Source of the DNA: Parcubacteria group bacterium ADurb.Bin159
GTDB lineage: Bacteria > Patescibacteriota > Patescibacteriia > UBA2591 > MWDC01
Direction: 5' to 3'
Assembly (NCBI GenBank): GCA_002070355.1
Contig: MWDC01000001.1
Location: forward strand, 1,996-65,995
DNA length: 64,000 nucleotides
Part shown: positions 38,401-46,508 of the stretch, one piece after another
How the letters are laid out: the number at the start of each line of letters is the position of its first letter
Numbering within the stretch: the stretch's first letter is position 1
Notes under the pieces: model-generated
Told to the model about the DNA's origin: nothing
Databases searched by the model: none
The model's input: the letters and a program-made list of their open reading frames with translations, nothing else
Made by a program: the position numbers and the translations under genes

Positions 38401-38844
38401 CAAGCAGCCTGAGCAAGTTCCCGAGATATCGCATTCTTTTCCTATAATTTCTTCGTTAGTTAAAATATCTTTTTCAATGGCTCTAATAATAAACCAAGAA
38501 ATAGAATAAGCCAAAACCACAATGATTAAACCAATCAAACCATTAATCATTAACTTTTTGGCTTTATCAATTTTTTCCTGATTGCCGCCGGAACTCATCC
38601 ATTGAAAGCCGCCGATGATGATAATAATTGTGGCTATTAAACCTAAAAACCCTAAAACCCATTTTATAATATTACCAATAACAGTTACTAAAGGCGTAGT
38701 GGGTAATTGTGAAGTGGTTAAAACTTCTTCCATTCCTTCGGTTAATTCTGCAGCAAAAACCGGACTAGTTATTCCTAAAACTGTTCCGATTATTATAAGG
38801 ATTAAAAAAATATTAAGGGTTTTGTTTTTGTTAAAAAACAACAT
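32452..38844 (-). CDS. giant surface protein (2130 aa): pilin-like (VirB2/TrbC-type) N-terminal module plus Cys-rich, bacterial Ig-like and beta-sandwich domains
   Basis: N-terminus has signal peptide, ELTEGMEEVLTTSQ, two TM helices (LVTVIGNIIKWVLGFLGLIATIIIIIGGF / LMINGLIGLIIVVLAYSISWFI), identical over ~125 aa to the 38930-41701 protein. Downstream are multiple Ig-like repeats and Cys-rich modules. Confidence 0.5.
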   Translation of the reverse strand: MLFFNKNKTLNIFLILIIIGTVLGITSPVFAAELTEGMEEVLTTSQLPTTPLVTVIGNIIKWVLGFLGLIATIIIIIGGFQWMSSGGNQEKIDKAKKLMINGLIGLIIVVLAYSISWFIIRAIEKDILTNEEIIGKECDISGTCSGCLRCLNGIWQFDNSCLNCEDVPPPGPSPFYIKNIAPLKGVTVPKNSIVSAIFNKTVNTESVNNTNFIISKVIDENETIVSGSLEQLAEGKKVKFTPEAFCPDNATLHCFDGDSSYKVVISSNVTSENGQNLNCNNGNCSWTFKTNNMVDTQNPEIKSVVFEPSQGKYVPSGNIKIKTTIYDDAGINLVIFKIDLNSDNTWDIEDIQNGTPAAGEYNYEYNWDTSLLEISSQHKIKIEAYDFADNLDEKEKIAFIRAGHCFNGVIDEDEGGVDCGGADCGLCQGAYCDMDENTEGCQADNNICASNVCDETTCICQGLSPCNYDGTKDENEECDGDDLGGKNCVDFDDNYVGGNLLCNSDCTFNFSDCLTEENDPFIGGDCNEDKDCFPENTSPENMIGKTCFENKCVVFPKPTGLAIPASTLTQIKLKWNYNDPSNLATAFEIYERTSKQLNFNLLTTCSLIDNTCSPNPSNNFIFIKQGGDYIFENNGTFIKGDSYTYKVRAKRGTETVYSGFSQETSGVIKGLGACQTNDDCPEKTPCCRIDSNKCVSGWDYCEGNCLKEGHCQIPEKEYVLTSFKTIEGTAMGACLSKVEPNQGKINDSVNLFGQSFGSSAGKINFEDIKSVIQESEGSSWGDKKIESVVPFGLSAGQGKVWVSPLGNNPSNKLPFKINIDIGKPGQNCKLENSSVCAAGADTCQGSFVCLSNNSQEDCRCCCNNDNQCGKLHCIKNIAPCDSPSRGLCCDCTKDSQCGATLGCGFLDENKCCWAKPQIESIKTCSTEDGKVGMNTSIEINFDQLMNYGSLTTDNIKVSRQADACGEGEGIYKDKEKRCYLNGRISLGNEGDKTKVVFYPSNCLLIDGQIYEVEIISSANGKGIISDKGVSFENSNAIPCTWNNDLKCYSVNFQVSTDKTKTCKVAQINVYPRGPVIIKGLNKTLSFAALALDSDGKPVCVDDFTWEATDNTVASVSSPPYGLSTTATSKYYGETFIKASTSEKSCIASPEKDRTCAYLKVSPTGLPQVIENKNCDVCDLKGQSPSPWPDSSDNCLNSRIGVRFNHKMEETTLDSSNVIIEKCNQSKLDDCKNKWENVSWDINNRYIETDDEETLLLIKINLDPSTIYQVILRSGPNGIRDAIFGWPLDGNKNNKKDGSPDDDYVWIFKTGDKQCSLNKVCLTPRKGMIYYPDEPKEISYKTEVYSSNCNYLSADDYSDWVWSLEKKDSWLTPENIAAFKERTPGESLSTAKVVSKGLGEVYVKVEKTEGGQSDRAPLIVATHPVVETFSPADYSQNVCPNTIISATFDQAMETNSLNKETIKLYKGTMASNGGGTLSERESFPFTKQDYKIATVPIIQWDEIIWQEISPKLSSVTKNNKTTIYIKPNESQWGLSLNTFYKVIILGGPTGVKSKYELAMSPGKVWQFKTAEDPCALSKINISVIDGSLSDADYIKVESSKNILFQKPNLSLSLQATAYSEDDQEIEGTENYNWSYTWSFTNAGVISLPDDKDEDGSTQKIMSQNQNGFTEVIAKAEVNNNKEVTVSDYASVENYLCEMPWSFEDTETNFELKYCRGNIGKVLLFNSNQWQRSFQSHSNVSINPIESYTGQNSLLIHQDANEPYPGQCRNDICSGIKNGSWPLSFPYANKCVWKGTEKICDFADDPNCGSCQVSESKDLVWPYTNRTMWARAVYDTTPFNLIPGQDYIFSFYGKGHLAGDISLTLCYNLGWCGQSSSLDYCQKAGRCSQECQYLNKDLETRISHSTDSCCKCRFVQWPYQTSSYPVISLGIIPKGNYQDWALFTYKFKYTEGMTQTLDSQGNLRNEIGLSIGYNNTGENGSDFYIDETMFRLDEYKESVLPGLRRFSPNPSQDSNLRKEWIFSNLENEDIIGLRVYENPDYLTPEEWYKTTVKNIPIQETEGYTSLKIDGYPAIRSGRTVYVGALNVINPGKENQQIESLIYLLSYSDNAKPETLDIYEQLIKNWRFNTNKE

Positions 38845-38929
38845 ATAAAAATGTAAAAACAGAAAATTAAAATGTAAAACAATAGATTAAAATTTTAAAT
38901 TCTACATTTCAATTCTCATTATTCCGCTA

Positions 38930-41701
38930 TTATAAGTAATTCTTGTAATCCTGCAAAATTTGTTCCGCCGTGCGAGCGTAATCATAAATTTTAACTTCAT
39001 CGATGAGACCCTTGAACTCTTCTCTTCCGCTTGCCGCACGTCTACCGATTGCAATTGTATGATTAGCATCTGAAAACACTGGGATGCTTGAAGCATATGA
39101 GCCAGAACCAACTCGAGTTCCATTTACGTATATAGTATAACTAGTAGGCGTGACTACATATACAATATAATACCAAGTATTAAGTTGATAACGAAAAGGG
39201 GCATCTGCCCTAATAGTAATCCAATCTGTTCCATATTTAATCTCACCATTTCCATATCCAATATCACCATGTATAGCAGTTCCATACTGAAACTTTATAT
39301 CAAAACCATAGTAATTGGGACTTCTTGTGCCAATAATACAGCGAATATTAGTATCTTTAACCATTGCCCACGCTCCCACTGTAAAACTACCTATTATAGT
39401 AGGATTTCCGCAATTTACATAATCGTCTACTCCGTCAAAACTTAAACATTTTCCTGATTTGCACATATCTTCGGATTGCCAAGTAGCACCATAAATCTTG
39501 CCATCGTTATTATTGACGCTGTCGTCATAAGCAGTACTTCCATGTCCCTCATCAAACCGCCAATAAGCCACTGGCGGCAGCGACAGTCCGGCAGTTATTT
39601 GACCCTGAACTGCCGGCGTTATTTTTATATTATCTTTTAACCCCTTTACATCCGACGGGATTCGTATAACTATATTATTTTCCGGAGAATAATTTTTAGG
39701 GCATTCTTCTTCAGACAAACAAACAGAAGGGTCATCTTTTGAAGGACAACAGCGATTTATTTCTTGCCAAGAAAGAATATTATTGCTTAATATTCCCTGC
39801 CAAACATCAGTGCCGTTAGTATTAGTTAAAAATTCTATTTTCCCTTTTTCTGCAGCTAATTTACATCCTCCATTTATATAATCCCAAAAAAAATTTTGGG
39901 ATTGCTTGTCGCTTTCACATTTCCCGTCAGGGCAACATCCTAAATTATAGCCATGAATAGTAACACATTGGCCAATTGCACCCGAAGGTGGGTCGATCCA
40001 ATCAATATAAGGATTTCCTTTATTAATTTGCCCGCTTGTCTTAAATGACCAGCGATAATAAGACGCTTCCATACTATTGCCATAAATATCTCTTACTCCA
40101 AAAGCAAAATCAGGATCCAAATTACAAGTTTCTCCTTTTTTTTCTCCACCATAAATTGTAGCTTGATAATTAGTTTCTGCGTCTAAAATAGCATAAGGTT
40201 TATAAATAGCTCCCTTTTCTGAAATTGTTATTTCTCGAGCTAACATTGAAGAAAGAATAAAAACATCCTCATTAATAGAGGTTGGGTCAATGGCTTCATT
40301 AAAATTAGCCATCACATCACTCATCCGGTCAATATCTTTTTCTTGATTCGCTGGTGAAGTAGAAATAATTTCCGGACCAGTTAGATCAAACTCTTCATTC
40401 GTTTGAAACGTCCAAGAGCATTTTCCATTTCCGCAATCTAAATCCATACAATTTGTTCCTTTAAGTCCGGTTATTTCTACTTTAATGGTACTATTAGCCG
40501 GAAAACAATGACAAGCAGCCGCCTCTCCGGGACAAAGGTCAGTCGGCCTAAACATAAAACTTTTATCTGTTAACCGTTCAAAATATCCTGGCACTCCATC
40601 TTCACCTATTTTTACTTTTATAGTAGCATCATTTAAGCTGTTTGTTGACCAAGATTGGCATTCCTGCCCTTCTGCGCAATTTGGATTATAAACAATCAAA
40701 GTATTAATATCTATAGGTTTAGTAAAAGTAACGGCAATGCCAGCGTTTCTCGCCACAGTATTACCTTCTAAAGGCAAAGCGCTTTCTATTTGGGGCGCTA
40801 CATTATCTATAAAATTTCCCACAGTAAAAGTCCACACAATATCTTGACCTAAAGTGTTTCCCCCAGATCGGGTGCCTAAAATTCCTTCTTTTCCGCTTTT
40901 TAACATTATACGATAGCTCCCGGGATTAAAACAACCGCAACAGCTGTTATTCTTAAAAATAAAATTACAATCTTTATTTCCATCTTCTTTAATTTCACAT
41001 TGAGAAAGAAGATTCTCACAAGTTCCTTTAGGAATAAAAATAAAACTATTCCCTTTAACTATAATAGACCCTTCTATATTAGTGCTATTGCCTCCTTCTA
41101 TTTTTTGAACATAAACTGTCGGATTAGAGCAATTTTCTTTGTCTAATCTAAAACTATCAGCATTAAGTTTTTGATTAAAACTAACTATTACTTTAGTATT
41201 TTGTGCCACCGTTTCTCCGGCTTTTGGCGACCGAGAAGTTATGACTAAATAATTGGCTCCTCTGAGCTGATAATGGTTCCCCGGTCCCTCTTCGCCCCAT
41301 CCCCCTCCTTCTTCTCCTGGACCGATATTTTCTTCAATGGCTCTAATGATAAACCAAGAAATAGAATAAGCCAAAACCACAATGATTAAACCAATCAAAC
41401 CATTAATCATTAACTTTTTGGCTTTATCAATTTTTTCCTGATTGCCGCCGGAACTCATCCATTGAAAGCCGCCAATGATGATAATAATTGTGGCTATCAA
41501 ACCTAAAAACCCTAAAACCCATTTTATGACATTGCCAATAACAGTTACTAAAGGCGTAGTGGGTAATTGTGAAGTGGTCAAAACTTCTTCCATTCCTTCG
41601 GTTAATTCTACAGCAAAAATGGGGCTAGCCATTCCTAAAATTGCCCCGATTATCATCACGATTAAAAAAATATTAAGAATTTTGTTTTTATTAAAAAACA
41701 T
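38930..41701 (-). CDS. large surface protein (923 aa): same pilin-like N-terminal module, Ig-like (Big_5-type) repeats and a C-terminal LamG/concanavalin-A-like domain
   Basis: The N-terminal 125 aa are a near copy of the 32452-38844 N-terminus (about 95% identical at DNA level, 41318-41701 vs 38460-38844). The C-terminus (VAYWRFDEGHG...GLIDEVKIYDYARTAEQILQDY) matches the LamG repeats of the 48-52 kb genes. Confidence 0.5.
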   Translation of the reverse strand: MFFNKNKILNIFLIVMIIGAILGMASPIFAVELTEGMEEVLTTSQLPTTPLVTVIGNVIKWVLGFLGLIATIIIIIGGFQWMSSGGNQEKIDKAKKLMINGLIGLIIVVLAYSISWFIIRAIEENIGPGEEGGGWGEEGPGNHYQLRGANYLVITSRSPKAGETVAQNTKVIVSFNQKLNADSFRLDKENCSNPTVYVQKIEGGNSTNIEGSIIVKGNSFIFIPKGTCENLLSQCEIKEDGNKDCNFIFKNNSCCGCFNPGSYRIMLKSGKEGILGTRSGGNTLGQDIVWTFTVGNFIDNVAPQIESALPLEGNTVARNAGIAVTFTKPIDINTLIVYNPNCAEGQECQSWSTNSLNDATIKVKIGEDGVPGYFERLTDKSFMFRPTDLCPGEAAACHCFPANSTIKVEITGLKGTNCMDLDCGNGKCSWTFQTNEEFDLTGPEIISTSPANQEKDIDRMSDVMANFNEAIDPTSINEDVFILSSMLAREITISEKGAIYKPYAILDAETNYQATIYGGEKKGETCNLDPDFAFGVRDIYGNSMEASYYRWSFKTSGQINKGNPYIDWIDPPSGAIGQCVTIHGYNLGCCPDGKCESDKQSQNFFWDYINGGCKLAAEKGKIEFLTNTNGTDVWQGILSNNILSWQEINRCCPSKDDPSVCLSEEECPKNYSPENNIVIRIPSDVKGLKDNIKITPAVQGQITAGLSLPPVAYWRFDEGHGSTAYDDSVNNNDGKIYGATWQSEDMCKSGKCLSFDGVDDYVNCGNPTIIGSFTVGAWAMVKDTNIRCIIGTRSPNYYGFDIKFQYGTAIHGDIGYGNGEIKYGTDWITIRADAPFRYQLNTWYYIVYVVTPTSYTIYVNGTRVGSGSYASSIPVFSDANHTIAIGRRAASGREEFKGLIDEVKIYDYARTAEQILQDYKNYL

Positions 41702-41743
41702 AAAAATTGTATAACCTACGACTTAAGGTGCGTACTCTATACC

Positions 41744-42208
41744 CTATTCATTTGTCTTCTTTAATATATTTTTGATTTTTTCCGCTACTTTAGTTCCCTC
41801 TGCTTTGCCTTTTATTTCCTTCATTACCTCACCCATTATTTTACCAAATCCCGATAAATCTTCAACCTTTAATATAGCCATTTTATCAAGAATAATTTTA
41901 TCAATTTCTTCGTCGGTTAATTCTTGAGGTAAATAAGATTGAAGAATAACTATCGCTTTTTCTTCTTTTTCCGCCAAATCTTCTCTGTTTCCTTTTTTAA
42001 ACAAAAAAATAGCCTCTTTTCTTTTTTTAACTTCAGCGCGAATAATTAGAAGGACATCCTCGTCCTCTAATTTTTTATCCTTAGCACGAAGTTCAATTTC
42101 TTTATTATGAATAGAGGCTAATAGCAAACGAAACGCGTCTTTTTTCTCTTGATTATTTTCTTTTTGGCTCAAATGATAATCCTCTTCTATTTTTTCTTTG
42201 AGCATCAC
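41744..42208 (-). CDS. GatB/YqeY domain protein
   Basis: 154 aa helical protein in the rpsU-yqeY arrangement conserved in many bacteria. Confidence 0.6.
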   Translation of the reverse strand: MMLKEKIEEDYHLSQKENNQEKKDAFRLLLASIHNKEIELRAKDKKLEDEDVLLIIRAEVKKRKEAIFLFKKGNREDLAEKEEKAIVILQSYLPQELTDEEIDKIILDKMAILKVEDLSGFGKIMGEVMKEIKGKAEGTKVAEKIKNILKKTNE

Positions 42209-42268
42209 AATATATTAAATATTAAAATAAAAAGTCAAAAGTTAAAATTAAAATTTTAAATTCTAAAT

Positions 42269-42487
42269 TTACTTTATCATTCCCATTTTTTTCATATATT
42301 CTCGCTGTTCTTTTCTTCGAAGCCGTACCAAAGCGGATTGCCGGCGAAGGTCGCGGCTTTTTGGTTTAGTATAAAACATCCGTTCTTTGTATTGATTAAT
42401 AAGACCGCTTTGTCGGCTTATTTGAGAAAAACGACGTAACATTTCTCCCACAGATTCTCTAGGTTTTTTTTCTACTTTTATAGGCAT
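42269..42487 (-). CDS. rpsU: 30S ribosomal protein S21
   Basis: 72 aa, very basic, with S21 motifs (VGEMLRRF...QSALVRLRRKEQRE). Confidence 0.8.
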   Translation of the reverse strand: MPIKVEKKPRESVGEMLRRFSQISRQSGLINQYKERMFYTKPKSRDLRRQSALVRLRRKEQREYMKKMGMIK

Positions 42488-42632
42488 AATAAAAAATGCA
42501 AAATGTAAATCTCAAAACGCAAAAATTTAATTTTCTCTTTTCTAAATTATAATAGATTTAATTAAAAATGTAAAGATTACAATTAGGCGAAATAAACAAA
42601 ATAGGTAGAATTGGCAAAAATTTTTAATTTAT

Positions 42633-43030
42633 TTTCGGGGTTGGCTTATAAGCCGAATTCTGTTCTTCCCTTAAAAGAGAAGGGGCAATCATCTATCTAG
42701 GCCATTGATTGCTCAATGGCTCGAGCGAGCACTTGCTCTTGCACTAGATGGGGTTTACCACCTTCTTTAATCGCTTAAAGAAGGACCTCTTTTACAGAGG
42801 ACTTTTCACCTTTTGCCAGCTCTTTCTTGTTTAGAAAGAGCTAACTAGTATTGTCTCTGTGGCACTTTCCGTATCCAAAAGATTACTCTTTTGAATCCTT
42901 GCCGTTAGCAAGGCATCACGACACTCGACTTTACAGCCGAGAGAGTGTTCGGACTTTCCTCCCCTTTCTCAATCTTATTCTATAAAGAATATTAATTGGA
43001 AAAGGGCGATTGCCAAGCCAACCCCGGAAA
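42633..43030 (-). ncRNA. rnpB: RNase P RNA, bacterial type A
   Basis: Read on the minus strand: P1 pairing CCGGGGUUGGCUU...AAGCCAACCCCG; P4 5' strand GGGGAGGAAAGUCCGAAC; AGUGCCACAGAGACAAUAC; GGUAAACCCCAUCUAGUGCAAGAGCAAG; P4 3' strand ACAGAAUUCGGCUUA. No ORF, and GC is higher than the flanks. Confidence 0.85.
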
Positions 43031-43059
43031 ATATTATACTTGTAGTTTAATCGTCAATT

Positions 43060-43449
43060 TTATTTTTTCGTCATTTTATCCGCGTCTTTATTATATTCTC
43101 GTCCAATATGAACAAATTTTATTTTTTTAAAATCTTGGCTCAAATTCCATGTTCTTACAAAAAGAGGCGCCAATTTTTCGTCTTTTACTTTATATTCTCT
43201 ATTTAATTGCTTAACCACTAATTGGCTGTCTAAATAACAAATTAATTCTTGCGGTTTCAATTTTTTTACTCGCTCCAATCCTAAAATTAAGGCTTTGTAT
43301 TCCGCTTCATTATTAGTAGCCTGACCAATTGATTGAGAAATTTTTAATATAGTTTTATCTCCTTTTTTTACAACCACCCCCACCATTGCTGGTCCAGGAT
43401 TTCCCTTTGACGAACCATCAGTATAAAGAGAAAGCATATTATACACCAT
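43060..43449 (-). CDS. rnhA: ribonuclease HI
   Basis: DGSSKGNPGPA near the N-terminus plus catalytic D/E/D pattern; 129 aa. Confidence 0.75.
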   Translation of the reverse strand: MVYNMLSLYTDGSSKGNPGPAMVGVVVKKGDKTILKISQSIGQATNNEAEYKALILGLERVKKLKPQELICYLDSQLVVKQLNREYKVKDEKLAPLFVRTWNLSQDFKKIKFVHIGREYNKDADKMTKK

Positions 43450-43469
43450 AAAAATTTAAAATAAAAAAA

Positions 43470-45149
43470 TCAAACCCTTTTTATATCTATCACCTTCATT
43501 TCCAATTCCTGCTCTCCGTTCCATTGATTAACACTTAAAGTAAAAACCACATTATAATAATCTCCTACTTTTAAATCTTTACTTGCATCAGCAGAAAAAT
43601 AAATCATTTTTTTTCCTCCTTCAAAAATCATTCGCCGATGCTCTCCTTTTTGCCCCACAGTTTCTAAATTGGTTAATTTTATATTTTTAACTAAAAACTT
43701 CGGCATTTCATTAGCTTGACCAAAAGGAGCAAATCGCTTAACTTCTTCGTAAATGTCCCAATTTATATCTTCTAATTTAACCACAGAATCGATTTGAATT
43801 TTCTGTCCAAACTTTTGTTCTTTTAATTTGGCTATTTCTTTTAATAATCCCTCTTCTAACAAAGGCAAAAATTTTTCATCTTTCAATTCAAACCCTACTG
43901 CTTGTTTATGCCCGCCAAAACTTTTCAAATAATCTTTAAATTTATTTAAAATTTCAAATAAATCAAGAGGCGGATGACTTCTTCCTGAACCTTTTATTTC
44001 TTTTTTTGTTTGAGAAACAATAATAGCAGGTTTACCATATTCATCAAGTAATTTATTAGCCACTAAACCCAATATGCCGTTAGTCCAAGATTTTCCGGTA
44101 ATAAAAATAAGTTTATTCTCTAGTTTTTTTGAAAAATTATTTTTAATATCCAATATAATATCATCAACCATTTTTTGCCTCTTCCTGTTCATTGTCTCAA
44201 TTTTGTCAGCCAAAAAATTTATTTTTTCTTTATCTTTTGACAAAAGTAAAAATAAAGCGTCATTGGCATGATCTATTCTGCCGGCAACATTAAGGCGAGG
44301 CCCAAGACGATAAGAAATATCTTCACTATTAATATTATCCAAAGTTAAACCTGCTTTTTTTATTAAAGCGCGCAAACCCAAATTAGATGTTTTGTTTAAA
44401 ACAACCAATCCGTATTTTACTAAAGTCCTGTTTTCCCCCAATAAAGGCATTCTGTCGGTTATTGTGCCTACAGCCACTAAATCCAAAAGCCATTTTAGAA
44501 ATGCCTCACTTTCAGAAGTATGGTGATTGCTTAAAAGAGCTTGGGCTAATTTAAAAGCCACACCCACGCCCGCCAAATCTCCAAAAGGATATTTTTCTTT
44601 TTTCACTTTCGGATCTATAACAGCTAAAGCATTAGGGATTTTTTCTTCTTCTAAATGATGATCAGTAATTATTACTTCCATTCCTAATTTATTAGCTAAA
44701 TCAACTTCCCAAACATTAGTTACTCCGCAATCGCAAGTGACAATTAAATTAACTCCCTTCTTATGAAATTCTTTTACTGCTTTTTCGTTCAAGCCATATC
44801 CTTCCACATCCCTATCCGGCAAATATAAATTAATTCTTTTCAAACCAAACTTTTGAAATGCTTTAAAGAGCAAAGTCGCTGAAGTCACTCCATCGGCATC
44901 AAAATCCCCATAAATTACTACCTTCTCCTTTTTATCTCGTGCTTGTTTAAGCCGTTCTATAGCCCGAGCCATATCATTAAAAAGAAATGGGTTATGAACA
45001 TCTTGCGAATAATCCGGTAAAAGAAATTCATCAACTTTTTCTTGTGTATCCAAACCCCGAGAGTAAAGAATAGAAAGAATAATCGGATGAATTTCCGGAA
45101 ATCTTTCTTTAATTTCTTGAGGAACTTTTTTCGGTAATTGCCAAATCAT
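43470..45149 (-). CDS. recJ: single-stranded-DNA-specific exonuclease RecJ
   Basis: DHH motifs (YGDFDADGVTS, VIITDHH) and DHHA1 (GGHKQAVG); 559 aa. Confidence 0.8.
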   Translation of the reverse strand: MIWQLPKKVPQEIKERFPEIHPIILSILYSRGLDTQEKVDEFLLPDYSQDVHNPFLFNDMARAIERLKQARDKKEKVVIYGDFDADGVTSATLLFKAFQKFGLKRINLYLPDRDVEGYGLNEKAVKEFHKKGVNLIVTCDCGVTNVWEVDLANKLGMEVIITDHHLEEEKIPNALAVIDPKVKKEKYPFGDLAGVGVAFKLAQALLSNHHTSESEAFLKWLLDLVAVGTITDRMPLLGENRTLVKYGLVVLNKTSNLGLRALIKKAGLTLDNINSEDISYRLGPRLNVAGRIDHANDALFLLLSKDKEKINFLADKIETMNRKRQKMVDDIILDIKNNFSKKLENKLIFITGKSWTNGILGLVANKLLDEYGKPAIIVSQTKKEIKGSGRSHPPLDLFEILNKFKDYLKSFGGHKQAVGFELKDEKFLPLLEEGLLKEIAKLKEQKFGQKIQIDSVVKLEDINWDIYEEVKRFAPFGQANEMPKFLVKNIKLTNLETVGQKGEHRRMIFEGGKKMIYFSADASKDLKVGDYYNVVFTLSVNQWNGEQELEMKVIDIKRV

Positions 45150-45156
45150 AAATACG

Positions 45157-45240
45157 AGGGTCAGACCCCAAAAATTGATGGCTCAAAAGCCTTTATTGAT
45201 GCGGGTTTTCAGGCGATTTTTTAAATTTGGCACGATTTTG
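45157..45240. repeat. dispersed intergenic repeat element, copy C (inverted orientation; palindrome GGGTCAGACCCC at 45158-45169)
   Basis: The reverse complement reads caaaatcgtgccaaatttaaaaaatcgcctgaaaacccgcatcaataaaggctt...ggggtctgaccc. Located 8 nt upstream of the recJ start codon. Confidence 0.6.
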
Positions 45241-45248
45241 CTTAATTT

Positions 45249-46508
45249 TTAAAAATATTTCTTTAATACTTTAGGTATGCCAAACCCTCCATCTTTTTTT
45301 TGATAATTTTCTAGAATAGCAATAATAATTCTGCCCAAAGCAAAAGCTGTGCCATTAACTGTATGAACAAATCTTAAATCTCCATTTTTATCCCGAAAAC
45401 GAATATTTAATCTCTCTGCTTGAAAATCCGTGCAATTAGAAGTAGAATGCGTCTCTCGATATTTTTTTTCCGACGGTATCCAGGTTTCTATATCAAATTT
45501 CGCTGCTGCTGGGTCGCCTAAATCCGCTGTACACGTCTCTATTACTTGATAAGGCAAACTCAATTTTTGCACCATCTCTTCTTCTAACGCCAAAAATAAT
45601 TGGTGTTCTTTATTTGAGTTTTGCGGTTGACAAAAACTAAACATTTCCAATTTGTCAAATTGATGAACCCGCAAAATTCCCTTTGTATCTTTACCATAAG
45701 AGCCCGCTTCCCGACGAAAACAGGAAGAATAACCTACATAACGAAAAGGCATTTTTTTTTCTTCTAAAATTTCATCTTTATGCATCGGACCAATGGATTG
45801 CTCAGCCGTACCCACTAAACACATTTTATCTTTTTCTATCCAATAAATTTCTTCTCTCCCCCGCTCTACATATCCCATACCTTTCATAATCTTTTCCTGT
45901 AAAAGAACTGGGGGCAAAATTGGTATAAATGGGGTAGATAATAAATTTAATTTTTTATTTTTAATAATTTTTTCTAAATTTTTTTTATCTGACAAAAAAT
46001 CTAAAACAAAGCGAATAAGAGCGAATTGTAAACGCACTAAATCGCCTTTCAAAAAAGCAAATCTTGTGCCGGAAATTTTTGCCGCCCGTTCTGTATCAAT
46101 ATTCTCTTCTCCTATTTCTAAATAATTTTTTGGTGTAAAAGAAAAATTTTTTATCTTCCCCACTTTTCTTAAAATACGATTATCTTTTTCTGATTTACCT
46201 CGAGGCACGCTTTCTAAAGGCAAATTGGGTACTAAAGATAATATCTCTTCTATTTCTTTTTCTATTTTTTTTAATTTATTTTCCCAATCAATCCTTTCTT
46301 TTTTTAATTCCTGCAATTGATAAATCTCTTTTTCTTTTGGTTTGCCACTAATTTTATTTTGCTTCGCCCTTATCTCTTCTATTTTGGGTAAAATCTCTTT
46401 TCTCTGTTTATCTAACTCAATCAATTTATCAATATCCACTTTTACCCCTTTGGCTTCCAGCCCATTTTTTACTTTATCTATATTTTGTAAAATAAATTTT
46501 AGGTTCAT
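45249..46508 (-). CDS. serS: serine--tRNA ligase
   Basis: N-terminal coiled-coil arm plus class II core motifs ([20 protein letters not shown]); 419 aa. Confidence 0.85.
   Translation of the reverse strand: MNLKFILQNIDKVKNGLEAKGVKVDIDKLIELDKQRKEILPKIEEIRAKQNKISGKPKEKEIYQLQELKKERIDWENKLKKIEKEIEEILSLVPNLPLESVPRGKSEKDNRILRKVGKIKNFSFTPKNYLEIGEENIDTERAAKISGTRFAFLKGDLVRLQFALIRFVLDFLSDKKNLEKIIKNKKLNLLSTPFIPILPPVLLQEKIMKGMGYVERGREEIYWIEKDKMCLVGTAEQSIGPMHKDEILEEKKMPFRYVGYSSCFRREAGSYGKDTKGILRVHQFDKLEMFSFCQPQNSNKEHQLFLALEEEMVQKLSLPYQVIETCTADLGDPAAAKFDIETWIPSEKKYRETHSTSNCTDFQAERLNIRFRDKNGDLRFVHTVNGTAFALGRIIIAILENYQKKDGGFGIPKVLKKYF

Noticed and set aside
27631-41701. Prophage or integrative element interpretation of the giant-protein block
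   Set aside because: No integrase, transposase, terminase, capsid or tail genes are present. tRNA genes are not adjacent, and composition is similar to the rest of the window.
42488-42632. Additional small RNA in the AT-rich spacer between rpsU and rnpB (contains aaatgtaaa motifs)
   Set aside because: Very AT-rich with no stable helices apparent. More likely a promoter/UTR region carrying the recurrent AT-rich motif.
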